A DNA stretch of 64,000 nucleotides from Octopus vulgaris (GCA_951406725.2 OX597838.1:41106001-41170000), one strand, 5' to 3'; shown: positions 13,306-28,179, numbered from the stretch's first letter. Notes: generated from the letters alone by a model not told the origin. Program-made: numbers and translations.

Positions 13306-13511
13306 CCATTTTATCCTAAGTTTCGCATCTGTAAACGGGATATCTGTAAACGGGATATTGAAATCTTGCGTACATTTCAGACTGTTTATTTTGTTTTTTC
13401 GTATATTAAATATATGTATATATAAATATAAGCACGCACTTTCGAAGGCTAAACAAAAGTGTCTGTGAGGATTTTTATATAAACACGCGCACCTCAATTT
13501 TTTTTTTGTGT

Positions 13512-13560
<49 letters not shown>

Positions 13561-14713
13561 CTGAATTTGTATTTATTTGAATATACGGCGAAGGACTGCC
13601 TAAATATATAGCATAACAACTGTGTATATTTAAATATACAGTTTAACTGTGCGTGTATAAATATTTAAATAACAGTGTGACTGAATAACAGCTGAATGTG
13701 TGTGTGTATATACATGTGTGTGTGTGTATATACGTGTGTGTGTGTGTGTACATGTGTATATGTAATGTCTGACTGGCGGAGTGATTTGATGTAATGTGTG
13801 TAGGCTTCTGCCATCTTTTATCATTTGCCATGCAACGAGCCGAAGTTATCTCATTAACTGGTTCGAATCCAGTTGTGTGACCACCCATTATTAAAAAGAA
13901 AGGGGGAAAAAAAAGAAGAGAGAAGCGTTTGACGACACCCACCCCGCGTCATCACCACAACTGCCCACCACCCCTGATATTGATTAATGGAGTGAAGAGT
14001 CCCAGTTTGTAAGAAGTTACCAAGACACCGTCGAATACACACAAGTAACAAGTGCCTATTAATAACTGTCCATTATCGAAAACTCGGTGTTTGAATCCGT
14101 CTATTTATCATATTTACTAGCAATGACTTCTCTTAATTCTCTCTTTAAATGTTTGTTGGTTTCGATGTTGTAGCAAAAAAAAAAAAAATTGTGTTTAGCC
14201 CCAGGTATTCCCTGAAGGAGCAGGCGCATGATCAAAATCGTTCTCAGTTCGGCAGTGACGTAGCTTTTGGTTTTAATTTTTATTTATATAGTAATTCGGT
14301 CATAGGGCTATATTATCATTTTTTCCCCCCATTTCCTGTAAAACGAGAGTATGATTTGGGTGCCGTTTTTACCAAGGCAATCTGAGTATCAACTGCGTTG
14401 GTATTGGGGAACCTGTGAAAGCCATGGACAGTGTTTCAAAAGTCGAGCAACTGTGTAGAGGTAACACTTTTGTTCAATTTGTGGGTGTTTGTCTTAGTAA
14501 TGAACCAAGTTTTTTTTTGGAATTTATATCATAATCTGTGGTGTATTTCTCTTAAGATATTCAGAGATGGAGGGACAGGACCTCTCATCAAACGGGTGAT
14601 GTCGATATTTTGATTTGAACGCCAGTGGGGAAATGTGGGTGGACAAAAGGGAATGAAGAACTTGACAGTGTTCATTGCAGGTTTTTGGGAGATGAATTGC
14701 TGTAAAGGCAACT

Positions 14714-15043
14714 GGGATCGATCTATTGCATTTCAATCTGTTTTAGGGTTAGGGGTGGTGGGAAGGGTATCTTTTTTTTCTTCACAAATGTAAATAAACC
14801 CAATCTGTTTCTTAAACGAAGGACATATTCCTACGGCACTGAATGTTTTCACCTCAATAGACGGTCATTGATTGGTTGAAATTGAAGAAAAAAAACCCAA
14901 ATATTTTACAAACTATAGAATTTTCTCAAAGCCAAGAGAAAAAGATGTTTTATAAACACATTCTATCAGTATACGAAGTTTAAAATTTTTTAGTTACCTA
15001 GAAATTATGTAAAAAAAACTGCCGTTCAAACCGAAAAGATCTG
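14714..15043. mobile_element. Same MITE with most of the left TIR deleted
   Basis: TSD GCAACT at 14708 and 15044. Deletion junction at a GATC microhomology. Confidence 0.8.
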
Positions 15044-18000
15044 GCAACTGAGGTAGGAAGAGGTCTTGCAGATATCTAGTTCCAAGGAGAAATTACATAA
15101 AAGGTTGCTCTGTATGTACCTAAACGGTGCACATAATTTTATCACAAGAAAAAAAAAATATTGCACACGATTTGTACAGCTACTATTAAAAAAAATAGAG
15201 GGAACAGTTTTTGAGCTTGTGATTATTGTGTTGGTGAGTGCGAGGGGGTGCCAATAATTTCTTGGTTTTAAGGGTATCGTGAAAGGCCTAGCTGGAAGCC
15301 TAGTCTTCAGTTCTTTTAGAGGGCTTAGAAAAGTCGGACCACTGCAATAAGTGTGTGAATCTGAGAGGGGAATATGTTGAATAAAATTATAAATAACTGA
15401 TTCAGGAAATTTTGTGCACCCTCTTGTATCGCTTAAGCGGTTATGACTTGGTGTTGTTAGACCAGCGTTTCTCATAGGGATGGGTCTTTGAGGATTAGAA
15501 AAGGGGGCAGATGAATTGTTGTTCTAGTAGAACAGTTTCCAAGATTTTTATTTATTTTGAAACATGTCCATCACAATGCTGTCTCAGAGTGAAGAAGATA
15601 TCAAAAAAATTAAAAAGTCTAATTTTTTGGTGGAGCTGGTAGCTGTTGGCCTGAGAACTATTTATCTGGGTGGGATGTGTGTGTGTGTGTGGCAATCTTA
15701 TAGAAGTGTGCAGTAATTAGTGATGGGAGCCAATGTTGAGTAGGTGTTGGAAGTGTTTCTTGGCAATTAAGAATGCTAGTCTATTTTGAAATTTTCATTA
15801 TCAGTGGTTGTCATCCTGTATTTCCTTCACCTTCAGAAATTGTGCCTGGGACCACATTGATTTCTTTGTTCTTTTCTAAGATAGCTCTTGATTTGAGGGA
15901 GATCTGGCCTTTTTTTTTTTTCTTTTTTTTCTAACAGGTCTAGCAACCACGTTCGGCTTTTAGGTTTTGGTGATTACTATCTTGTTTTCTCACCACCCCA
16001 GCTTGGCATGGATTGGACAGGTTTAATTTCATATTGTGCATTCTGTGAACTAGTCATTTGGCCATAGTTTTCTAATGGGCCAATCACTGGTTTGCAAAAA
16101 AAAAAAAAAAAGGTGTTTTATTTGAATGCACCGGTTTGTCTTTTCTCAGATATCCCTTTGCGTTGTCCATGGGTTGGATGTGTGTGTGTGCTCATTTGTA
16201 ACTATTGCAGGAATTGTTGTGTGGCTGAAGTTTGCTTAGCAACTACATGGTTTTGAGTTCAGTCCCACTGTGACAACATGGACTAGTGTCTCCTTAGTTA
16301 GTTTCAGTCAGACGAGAGCCATGTCTGAATTTATAAATGGAAAATGAGTGCCATATTTAGATGTTTGTGTGTGTCAATCTATGTAAATAGGTGTGCATGT
16401 GTGCACGTTAATGTCTCCTAGTCTTGACTGATAGTTGTAAATAAGCACCGTCGTCATACATGTGATGTCCTTCATTTCCGTTTGTCTGTGAAAACATCTG
16501 CCCATGGGGGAAATATTACATTACTTGGAAACGGGTGAGGGTTGGCGACAGAATGGCATATGGCTGTAGAGAATCTGCCTCAGTAAATCTTGTCTGACCC
16601 ATGCAAGCATGTAACAGTGGATGCTATAAGGTTATGGATGAATCACTGGTTTCATTAAGTTCATTTGTTTTGCTCAAATGAATTAGCACCCAATCCACTC
16701 GCGGAGTGGTTGGCGTTAGGAAGGGCATCCAGCCGTAGAAACTCTGCCAGATCAAACTGGAGCCTGGAGAGGCCTCTGGCTTCCCAGACCCCGGTCAAAC
16801 CGTCCAACCCGTGCTAGCGCGGAAAACGGACGTTAAACGATGATGATGATGATAGCTGAGTATTCCACAGATACATGTACTCTTGATGTAATTCTCAGGT
16901 GGAATCAGCATGGCACATGCTATATTCAAAGCTGCACCTTTCAATTACTGGTATAAACTGTCTGGGTGTTCATAAAGTTTGTCTATTCAGTTTTACTTGC
17001 AAGGAATCAGTTGACCTGGGGCTATAGAAAGTGACGTTCCCAAGATGTCACAGATTGGACTTGAACCTTGTACTTTGTGGAAAAGTAATAATCTTACCTT
17101 AAAAAAATATTTTGTTGGCTTTGTGCCCATGTTAGAAACAGCCATTATGATTAATGTAATGAGAAGATAGATGTATTAACTGTGGCTTAGTGGTTAGGCT
17201 GTTGCATACATGATTGTAAGATTGGGGTTTCGGTTCCTGGACTGGGTGATGCAGTATGTTCTTGAACAAAACACTCCATTTCACTCACCTGGCAAAAACA
17301 AGTAATCCTATAATGGACTAGTATCCCATCCGAGAGTGGTGGGGAATAAATACACTATGAAATCTGGGAAACTGGCCTTATGAGCCTGTGGCTCAGGAAG
17401 GACCTTTGATCCTTGGATTAATAATCTTATCAAAATTATTGAAACTTTTCATAAGGTGTATACTATTGCTTTTGATTCCTTATGGGTTCTGATGTTTGAG
17501 AGCACTGTTTATATCCTCATTTTAATACCCACTTTTCCATACTTCCATAGGTTGGATGAAGTTCATTGACTGTAGAAAATCTGTTTCCAAGCGAGCAAAT
17601 ATTTTCTTCATAGCTTGATATGTTTTTGTAGAATGTTGGACAAGAATGGCATTAACTGACATCTCATATCAAGACAAAGAGTCATACATAGAAACATGAT
17701 GGGCTTCTTTCAGTTACCATCTTCCACCTCACAAGTCTTTGATCAGCCTGGGCTATAGCTAGATGCCCATGGTGCTGTGCAGTGGGACTGAACTCAAAAC
17801 AATGCAGTTGGGAAGCAAACTTCTTAACTATACAGCCACACTTGTACCTGTTTGTAGTAAGTCCATATATTGGTTTCAAATGTTGATACAAGGCCAGCAA
17901 TTTTGGGGAAGTGGGTAAATTGATTTACACCAAACCCAGTGTTCAACTGGTACTTATTTTGACCCCAAAATGATGAAAGGCAATGTAGTCCTGAGTGGAT

Positions 18001-18158
18001 TTTGAACTCGAAATGTAATGGATGAAATGCTGCCAAGCATTTTATCCAGCACTGAAACAGTTCTGCCAGCTTGCTGCGTTATGGTAGTCTATATATTATG
18101 GTTTGCATGACTGGGATGAGTTGATTTTGTGTTTTTAACTCTGGTGAAATGTTTACAG

Positions 18159-18450
18159 CATGGGTTCCCAACTGGGGTCCACGGAAGCTTTAAGGGGGTC
18201 AACAAGTAAAAAAAATTGTAAATTTGTGCGTCCATATATAAATTTTGTTTACTAGAAGAGGTACCGGTATTTATTGAAATTTTCCAGATTTGTATTTGGA
18301 ATTTGTTATGAATATAACGATTTTCATTGTTAGTTTTTACTAACCTACAAACAAACATTTTATTACAAAAGTTTACATGTACATATATGGGGTCCACAGA
18401 TAAGGTAGCTCTCGTGGAGTCCACAAGCAAAATAAGGCTGGGAACCCCTG
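18159..18450. mobile_element. hAT-type MITE
   Basis: CA.GGGTTCCCA...TGGGAACCCCTG TIRs and 8-bp TSD GTTTACAG (18151, 18451). Confidence 0.85.
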
Positions 18451-18805
18451 GTTTACAGTGTCGTTGCTCTGTTTCATTCAGTTTAATCTTGGGTGTCTTA
18501 TTCTTGGCTGTGTCAATAGTATTCTGACTAGATTTGTAATGCAAACCAATGAAGGGCAATAATGCTTTCATCTAATGGGGCCCACTGTTTCTTGTACAGT
18601 TGTTTTGAAGTGATATGGATGAGTGGCTAGCATATTGTATTACCTACTCATGGGGCATGAATTGAAATCTGAGCACCTGATTATGAGGGGGCAGGGTACT
18701 ATCTACATTGCTTCAGTTTTTATCTAGCTGTTAAAAATAGGCAACAGGTTTTTTGAGATACTTGATATACTGCAATTCTAGTCAATGAATAAACAAGTGT
18801 GGTAT

Positions 18806-18995
18806 ACTCTTTTACTTGTTTCAGTCATTTGACTGCGGCCATGCTGGAGCACCGCCTTTAGTCGAGCAAATCGACCCCAGGACTTATTCTTTGTAAGCCC
18901 AGTACTTATTCTATCGGTCTCTTTTTGCCGAACCGCTAAGTAATGGAGATGTAAACACACCAGCATCGGTTGTCAAGCAATGCTAGGGGACAAAA

Positions 18996-19026
<31 letters not shown>

Positions 19027-19189
19027 CGACAGGCTTCTTTCAGTTTCCGTCTGCCAAATCCACTCACAAGGCATTGGTCGGCCTGGGGCTATAGCAGAAG
19101 ACACTTGCTCAAGATTCCACGCAGTGGGACTGAACCCGGAACCATGTGGTTGGTTAGCAAGCTACTTACCACACAGCCACTCATACGCC
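18806..19189 (-). mobile_element. SINE family A
   Basis: Reverse complement of the family consensus. Confidence 0.85.
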
Positions 19190-20345
19190 TATATGGTATG
19201 TGGTAAGAAGTTTGCTTCTTGATCACACAGTTCCAGGTTCAGTTTCGCTGTGTGGCATGCTTTGGGCATGTGGCCTCCACTGTTGTCCTGGACTGAGCAA
19301 AGCCATGCGAGTGGATTTGGTAGGCAGAAACTGAAAAAAAAAAAAGTGCTATTGTCTCCTTACTTTGATTTTGTGTGATTGTTGGAAATTAGTGTCGTCA
19401 TACAAGCAGTTACCTTCATTTTCTATCTTTGAAGGCATCTGGTCTTACTTGGAAACGGGTGAGGGTTGGCAACAGGAAGGGCATCCAACCATGGGAATTC
19501 TGCCTCAGTAAATTCTGTCCAACCCATATGGTTATTGGAAAAGTGGATGTTAAAACGATTATTATGGATGAGTTATCTTTCACATCAAGCCATAAAACTA
19601 AAACTGAGCATCCTCTTTCAAAGGTCTCTTAGAGCTAAAGAGGAGACAGCTCCTGTCCTCTGCATTTCTTCTTGTATGTGCATAGAATGGAACATTCTAT
19701 GCACATACTGGTTGAGTATACTATGATCTTGCCACTTTCTCCAACATTTCTCCATCGACATTGTGTAACTTCAGTAAGTCTGATAGATTTTGCTCGAGCA
19801 GATGGAGAGCAAGAAGAGGTAGTCAATTGTTTGTACTTTGAGGGACATAGAGGCTAAATATCTGCTATGCAGTGATTAGACGTGTATGTGCAAAAGGTTA
19901 GTCAAAAATCTTGTTGGATTGAAGACCCTTGCAGTAATAGTGGCTTAAACAGAAACGGTTTTTTTTTTTACAGATTACTGTAGGTAACTTGACAGCACAG
20001 CTTGATATTAAGTTATATCAGTATATGTACTTAAAACAACAGATCAAAATGATGTGTAAATATGACATTTATGGACACATTTTTATATTGATGTTAGTAT
20101 TACATATGTTGGCAGTGTTCCTGTAAGACAGTACTGCAGGGGCCGCATTGGTCAGCCAGTTTTGAAATGTGTTTCACAAGAAATGCATTAAATTCTATAT
20201 TCAGTTTGAATATAGTTTGAGGAATTATCTAATGTAAGAGAGAGAAATAATGCTAATCCCCTTCCTTCTAGCATTCATCTGTTCTCTAATGGAGTCATTA
20301 GAGAACTTTTTTGGTTTAGAAAATTTATAAGATGGTTGAATATAT

Positions 20346-20551
20346 ACTCTTTACTCTCTTTTACTTGTTTCAGTCATTTGACTGCGGCCATGCTGGAGCA
20401 CCGCCTTTAATCGAGCAACTCGACCCCGGGACTTATTCTTTTGTAAGCCCAGTACTTATTCTATCGGTTTCTTTTGTCAAACCGCTAAGTGACGGGGACG
20501 TAAACACACCAGCATCGGTTGTCAAGCAATGCTAGGGGAAAAACACACACA

Positions 20552-20605
<54 letters not shown>

Positions 20606-20765
20606 CGACGGGCTTCTTTCAGTTTCCGTCTACCAAATCCACTCACAAGGCTTTGGTCGGCCCGAGGCTATAGTAGAAGACACTTACTCAAGGTGCCACG
20701 CAGTGGGACTGAACCCGGAACCATGTGGTTGGTAGACAAGCTACTTACCACACAGCCACTCTTGC
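20346..20765 (-). mobile_element. SINE family A
   Basis: Reverse complement of the family consensus. Confidence 0.85.
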
Positions 20766-20807
20766 TGTACTAGCTATATTTGGTCCAAATATTCTACTGG
20801 TCTTTGT

Positions 20808-21017
20808 TTAACCCTTTTGTTACTAAATTAATTTTGAGATGCTCTGTGTTTGTTTCAATTACTTTAAATATAACAAAGAATTTAATAAAATACCTTAGTT
20901 ATCTTTCAGCTGGTGTTAGGAACATAAATTGTGACTAAGGTTTGGTGGAAGATTTTAATCCAAAACTTACGAAAACAAGACACTTGTACTCAGCTGGGTT
21001 GGTAACGAAAGGGTTAA
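20808..21017. mobile_element. piggyBac-type MITE family F (TTAA|CCCTTT...AAAGGG|TTAA), nested in an older piggyBac-type MITE (family G)
   Basis: TTAA TSD and CCC/GGG termini. Five copies. Confidence 0.8.
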
Positions 21018-21253
21018 ACTGGCCTGGCCTCTCACCTACCTTTATGTCATTTAAAAAATAAACTCATCAAAACCTTGAATGCCACAGGATAATGCATGAT
21101 TAATTGAATGCAATGAATAAGCTTTACAGTGTAATCTCTATGCTAAAGGGTTAAATTAGAAATAATTGTGGTTGGAAGAGAAAGAAAAAGATTGCTTATT
21201 TAGTTTCCAGGCAAATACAAGAAGAGACAACTTGCAACAATACTATCATACAT

Positions 21254-21509
21254 GCCTTGTGAGTGGATTTGGTAGACGGAAACTGAAAGAATCCTGTCGT
21301 ATATATGTATGTGTGTGTGTTTCTGTGTTTGTCCCCCTAGCATTGCTTGACAACCGATGCTGGTGTGTTTACGTCCCCATCACTTAGCGGTTCGGCAAAA
21401 GAGACCGATAGAATAAGTACTGGGCTTACAGAGAATAAGTCCCGGGGTCGATTAAAGGCGGTGCTCCAGCATGGCCGCAGTCAAATGACTGAAACAAGTA
21501 AAAGAGTAA
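21254..21509 (+). mobile_element. SINE family A, 5'-truncated
   Basis: Starts at GCCTTGTGAGTGGATTTGG and has an intact tail. Confidence 0.8.
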
Positions 21510-24500
21510 TACATAATATTCTAAGTTGAAATAGTGATGAAAGATGTACTGTATAAATGTATAATATTGTACATTGTATGCTGTAGGAGGATGCAACTGT
21601 TTAAAGAATAATTGATGCCATCTGCATGAAGAAAAATCCTTGTGGATTGAAAGTGGTTTGTGTGTGTGTTGGCTTCTTGTTTTGACATAGCTTGATTGAA
21701 TGTCATTTCCAATATTCTGTGAAAATATTACTTTGTTTGAAAACTAGTAAAGGCTGGTGACAAGAAGGGCATCTGGCCATAGTAAATCTGCCTTGAACTC
21801 TGACTTATGCAAGCATGGAGAAGTGGACATTAAAATATAAGTAAGATATAATCTCAAGTTGGCAATAATTATTATGAATGGTATGAGGCTTGAGGTAGGC
21901 ATTGTTAGCATACTAAATCACTAATTTTAGATTTGCTAATTTAAGTAGTTACATTTTTTATTTCTTAAATAACACCCTCACCCAAGCCTGTTTTGACTCT
22001 TATTTTCCTGTCATCCTTATTGCTACCCTTCTCACCTAACCGTAAACTAAACGCTAATCCAAAATTATTTAGCGTCTGCTTTCCATGCTGGCATGGGTTG
22101 GACAGTTTGTCTGGAGCTGGGGAGCTGAAACAGGTTCGAGTCTGATTTGGTATGGTTTCTATGGCTGGATGCCCTTCCTAACAGCAATCACTCCAAGAGT
22201 GTAGTGGATGCTTTTTACACACCACCAGCATGACTAAAAACGTGGCAGTGTCTATGGTGTTGCTTGATGTGTTAGAAATACCAGCCAAATCTCTAGATAC
22301 AGTTTTCTTTGGAAAAGAGGACATGTTAATGTAGTTTTAGATAAATTTTATCTTGGTTGTAGTTGGGATGTTTTCTAGGATTGATTTTATCTGCTGCATC
22401 GGTGCTAACCTGGGGTTGAACAACTACCTTCAGAAACTCTGTCCCAGCCCATGCTTCCCTTACAAGGCATGAAGGCCTGGAATGGCTAAAGAACATTGAT
22501 CTTCTTCTTTTGACTAATTAAACTGTATTGCACAAGCTCAGAACTTTCCCTTAATCTAATGACATTGTAAAAAAACCAATGTCTTAACCTGTTGGAACAA
22601 GACTAAAATTGACATGACCTCTAATCCTATTTTCAGCAAATATATTTACTTGAAAGTTATTGATTTGTTTTGGCTAGAAAACGGGGTTGAACTTTCTATA
22701 AGCAATCAAATTGATTTCAGTGTACTACAAATACTTTTTTTACCAATACTGAAAGTTTTATCTCTTAGTAGTGAGGTACTGTAATAGCTATAGGAATGGC
22801 TGTGTGGTTAAGAGGCTTGTTTCTCAACCACATGGTCTTGGGTTCACTGCCCACAGCAGTGTGGGCAAGTGTTTTCTACTGTAGCCCTAAACCAGCAAAA
22901 GTCTTATGAGTAGATTTGGTAGATGGAAACTGAAAAAAGCTCATATTTGTGTTTGTGTATGCCCTTGTCTTAACAATCATGTAATGATTGTAAATAAGCA
23001 TCTGTCATACAAGTGTTGTGGTTTCCAATCTTCCATGAGAAACATCTGGCCATAGGAAAACAGGTAATGGTTGGTGGCTGGGCATCTGACTGTAGAAATT
23101 CTGTCTGATCCATGCAAGCATGGAAAAATAGATTTGAATAGTTTGGCATTTAAACTGGCCATATCCAGCTTAAATATCCTGTTTCATGTTCAAACCAGCC
23201 AGATCTGGCCTTACACACATTCCCTGCAGTGTCATTCTAAAAATTAGCAATCACATCATCAAAATTTCAAAGCTGAGATTTTTACCCAATTAATTCCACA
23301 CAATGTGAATAAATGAGTATTACATTTGACAAGAGTAATCTGAATGCTAAAGGCTTAAATGAGAAATATCAAGTCTGGTGTTTTGACTTGAACATCTCAA
23401 TGTTGTTAATACTGAGACTAAATAGTTCTAGTTGAAAAGTTTAAAACCATTTTGATGGCTTCTCTGTCTGCAACTGGTTTAATGTTTTCAAGAGATTCTT
23501 TTGGCATTCTTGAATATTTTTTATTCTTTTTTAAAACTATTTGGAACAGTTTTTACTCAGTTTTATGAAATGATGCATGATTAATAATTAAAAAATGTGA
23601 ATAAACTTTACATTTGATAGTGTGTAATCTGAGAATGGCCTGATTGTTGTCTACGTTTGCCTCCCTCCCTTATATACACACCTCTCTGCTTTTTTGCATG
23701 TATACACCATGTATATATTTACAACTACTAGATCACTAAATTTAAACTGGCCATATCTTCCATGAATATTCTACCTGTTTTTTTAATGTTAAAACTGGCC
23801 AGATCTGGCATCTTGCGCCTACCCTACAATGTTTTTTTAAAAATAAACAATCATGTCATCAAAATCTTGAAGGTATGAGATAATGCATGGTTAATTCAAA
23901 ACAATGTGAATCGATAAACATTGTATTTGATGGAGTAATCTGACCGCTAACAAATCATCTGACTGATGTCTATATCCCCCCCCCCCGGCCCTTCCCACTC
24001 ACAAAAGGAGCAGAGGTGTATGTATATACCATGTCCCCTCACACTGCACCTTACATACTCTCTTCAATTGCTGGCACTGCATGATTATCTGCCTTCATTC
24101 ACAAAAAGGGTTGTTCCTTTTTTTTTACCCTTCTATACTACAAGAAATGTCAAATCACCTATTGCAATTTCCACCCTTTTGACACCATCCTGCGTGGGAC
24201 TACCCATGATCTTATGATACAAATATCCTGCTCGAGTATTTTGTATGTTTTGTGTTCAAACTGGCCGATTCTGGCCTCGTACCTATCCTACACTGTCTTT
24301 CTAGAAATATGCAGTCACATTACTGAAATCTTGAAGTTACAAGATCATGATTTAATTCAAAGCAATGTGAATAATTGACATGGTTATCTGAATGCTAAAC
24401 ATTTTAATTATAACATTCCATCAAGACACCATATGTATGTTCCAAACACCAGCTTAATGATTGAGTTATTTTACTAATTTTTTAATCAAAATTAATTGAG

Positions 24501-25173
24501 ACGAAGCAGTACATTTCTGTATAAATTTGATAAAATGTGTTACTCAGTATTACACTCACCGCCTTCGTATTACTAGTTGGAGGTGCTCGACCACCGAGAC
24601 TAGTAATTGGGGTAGAGGTGCTTGACCACCAAGACCAGTCAACTGGGGGAAGAATGCTCTATATGGTCACTCAACATGCTAGAAACAGTAATCAAATTCC
24701 TTCAAATCATTCCTTACAGTTTTGAAAATAGGGAAGATTCACTAGCCAATATGGTCCAACATGTCCCTTTATTTCAGTCATTGGACTGTGGTCATGCTGG
24801 TGCACCTTGAAGGGCCTCATAGAATCCACTCTGTACTTAAATCTGGTACTTATTGTTTCTTTCTGCCAAATCAGTTACAATGATGTAAATACTCTTAACA
24901 TGTTGTCAGTTTCTCTATTACGCACGCACGACAGGCTTTTTGCAGTTTCCAATTACAAATTTACTCACAAGGCAGAAGTTAGCCTAAGGCTATTGTAGAA
25001 GATACTTGCTTGAGATGCTACATAGTGGTTAAGTTTGTTACTTAACAATGTAATTGCGTAGTGAACTAAAAACTTCATAGCGGTACCTGCACCAATATAT
25101 ATGTGATGATCATGGTTGGAATGGCCTTCCATGATAGACAAGCTTGATCAAGACTGACCTAAAACTATAGATA

Positions 25174-25558
25174 TCTTTATATATAAAAGTGAAGTTGTGT
25201 GTCTGTCTTCTACGATTTAGATTCCTAACTACTCCCACATTTTGCGATGCAGTTTAACCAAAACCGGGTATCTTATAGTCGTGATTCATATGGAGCCCTT
25301 CTGGGTATTAGCGCGCGTCTACGATGAGTCTACGATTTTAAAAATAATTTACCATTTTTTTTCCATTTTAATGAATTTTTTCGCTATTATATAAGGGAAG
25401 TAACTCTCTAAAAATGTCTACGATGAGTCAACGATTAAAAAAAAAATTTACCCCCATTTTTAATGCATTTTTTTGCTATTTTTTGGCTATAACTCTCTAA
25501 AAATGCTTATATACTTATTTCCCTTACAAACCCGAGCAACGCCGGGCGATACTGCTAG
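25174..25558 (+). mobile_element. Non-autonomous Helitron
   Basis: A|TC start, CCCG..CGGG hairpin, CTAG|T end, no TSD. Internal duplication of about 110 bp. Confidence 0.85.
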
Positions 25559-26501
25559 TTGTTTATAAAAAAAAAAATTACTATTCTATTCTTGTTTGAG
25601 CTTGTTAAGACTGATGTCAGTACACAGTTTCTAGCTTTAACACTGAAGTTGATACAATGGAATACAAAATTTGATTTGTGGCTGTGTAGCTTCAGTGTCT
25701 TCAACTATCACCTTGGGCCAATGAATTCCTTGTGAGTGGATTTGATAGATGGAAACTGAATAAAGACCATTGTGGGCTTGTGTGATGTAGGTATGTGTGC
25801 GTTTGTGTATATCCTTGTTCAGACAGCAAGTTCTGGTTGTAAACAAGCTTCATTGTTAGACAAACGGTGTCGTTCATATCCTGTCTTATGTGGAAAAACA
25901 TGTCTAGCCATAGGGAAATATTATCTTACTTGGAAACGGGCAAGGGTTTGGTGACAGGAAGGGGGGCATCCAGCCATAGAAAAATCTGCCTCGACAAATT
26001 CCCGCTGACTCATGCGAATATCGAAAAAGTTTGGCATAAAACCACACAATTTGCTGAAATTTTGCTTTAATCTCTTCCTTCTCCTCTTGTCCATACTTTT
26101 GTAGAACCTGGAAAGATTAGACGAATTTAACCCTGGCAGGATTTGAACTAGGGATGTAGACATTTTTTTTATTTAAATATACTCTAAATCTTCAGTCCAC
26201 CACCCACCACCACCCTTTTCTCTTTTGTAGTGACACATGTAACGGATATCTGTGTGATGGGTAAAGTGAAACTGAGCTTAGTACACAAGTTATACCTTAT
26301 TTTTGTTGAGACCAGCAGGAACTGACTTCAAAATGTGAAGTGCTGAAACTGAAGCTAAAAACGAAAAAGCATTTTAAGATCTGTTAACCAACTGTTGTTG
26401 TACTTCAATTGTTCCCTTTATTATAAGGGCAAATCTTATACACCAGTGGTTCTTAAAACCTGGACAGTTGGGCAGCCGCCTCCTTATGGGTATTTAGGGG
26501 T

Positions 26502-26873
26502 TACTCCCTTTTACTTGTTTCGGTCATATGACTGCGGCTATGGTGGAGCACCACTTTTAGTCAAGCAAATCGACCCCAGGACTTATTCTTTGTAAGCCTA
26601 GTACTTATTCTTTCAGTCTCTTATGCCAAACTGCTAAGTTACGGGGACGTAAACACACCACCATCAGTTGTCAAGCGATGTTGGGTGGGGGACAAACATA
26701 AACACACATACATACATATATATGACGGGCTTCTTTCAGTTTCCATCTATCAAATCTACTCACAAGGCTTTGGTTGGCCCAAGGCAATAGTAGAAGACAC
26801 TTGCCCAAGGTGCCACGCAGTGGGAATGGATCCAGTACCATATCGTTGGTAAGCAAGCTACTTACCACACAGC
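26502..26873 (-). mobile_element. SINE family A
   Basis: Reverse complement of the family consensus. Confidence 0.85.
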
Positions 26874-27238
26874 TGGGAAATAAATTGGGCTAGGTACAAT
26901 TTTAGACATTTCAACTACAAAAAATTTGTAGATTTGTATATGAAGATGACACTGGATTTTCAATGAGCAGAAACCTGATTGACAGTGCACCAAGCTTCAC
27001 TATATAAGTCCTTACGTTCAGTAAGGTGATTATTCACATACGTACTTGTATGTTTACACATGTGTGTATACACACAGATACATGTGTATAAAGATATTTG
27101 TTCAATTAGACTTTAATGTTATGCAGAGGTGTTTATTATCTATATTTTTTTAGTTCGTTGAAATTGATTTTTAAAAAAATATTTTTATTTGCAATACATA
27201 GAAGGAAGGAAGCATTTGTAAAATAGGATTCCACAACA

Positions 27239-27409
27239 GGCGCAGGAGTGGCTGTGTGGTAAGTAACTTGCTTACCAACCACATGGTTCTGGGTTCAGTC
27301 CCACTGTGTGGCATCTTGGGCAAGTGTCTTCTGCTATAGCCTCGGACCGAACAATGCCTTGTGAGTGGATTTGGTAGATGGAAACTGAAAGAAGCCTGTC
27401 GTATATATG

Positions 27410-27440
<31 letters not shown>

Positions 27441-27626
27441 TTGTCCCCTTAGCATTGCTTGACAACCGATGCTGGTGTGTTTACGTCCCTGTCACTTAGT
27501 GGTTCGGCAAAAGAGACCGATAGAATAAGTACTGGGCTTACAAAGAATAAGTCCCGGGGTCAATTTGCTTGACTAAAGGCGGTGCTCCAGCATGGCCGCA
27601 GTCAATTGACTGAAACAAGTAAAAGA
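27239..27626 (+). mobile_element. SINE family A
   Basis: Full-length copy starting GGCGCAGGAGTGGCTG. Confidence 0.85.
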
Positions 27627-27924
27627 AAAAAAAACAGTGGTCACTCATCTCTAGGAAGATGAGAACTTCTGTTGTGGCGGGAGTATGGTTAATTGAAATG
27701 ACATCACTACAATGGCTGGTGTTTGATAAATCTGCTTGGACAAATGAATGGCAAAGTTGATTTCAACAGGATTTGAACCCTAACCCCTATTGTCATTTGT
27801 CTGGTGCCACACCACTTTTTTTTTTTATGTGGTTATCTTTCTCCTTTATTTTTTTTTTAAATCATTAAATGAAAGATGTAAGATTTTAATGGTTGTTTCA
27901 CTGTTTCAGATCCCAGCAGTGGGT

Positions 27925-28005
27925 ATGATGGAAGGACGGAATGCTGAAACTAAGAAGACCGATGAAAATGTCCAGCCTGTTTCTCCCATCCATCAGTATA
28001 GCAGG
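27925..28005 (+). CDS. EIF4ENIF1: 4E-T (eIF4E transporter) coding exon 1; exon begins at 27910 with 15 nt of leader; encodes MMEGRNAETKKTDENVQPVSPIHQYSR
   Basis: Acceptor tttcag|27910 and donor AGG|gtaagt, phase 0. HQYSR joins ERLL of the next exon to form YxxxxLL (human 4E-T HRYTKEELL). Confidence 0.85.
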
Positions 28006-28179
28006 GTAAGTACATGAAGCTTTCTAAGGACATGTTAGTCTCAATAGAATTAGTCAGCTCTAACATTTTTCTTAGCTTCTAGGTAGGACAATGAGAATAA
28101 GATTGAATATACTAGTGGTCAAGGTTGGGGTTTTTTTTTTTGGAAGCAGCTTTCAAATAACTGGAACTTGTGACCATGT

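Noticed and set aside
15026-15475. 149-aa minus-strand ORF as gene or LINE fragment
   Set aside because: No recognisable motif. It may be decayed transposon sequence but cannot be supported.
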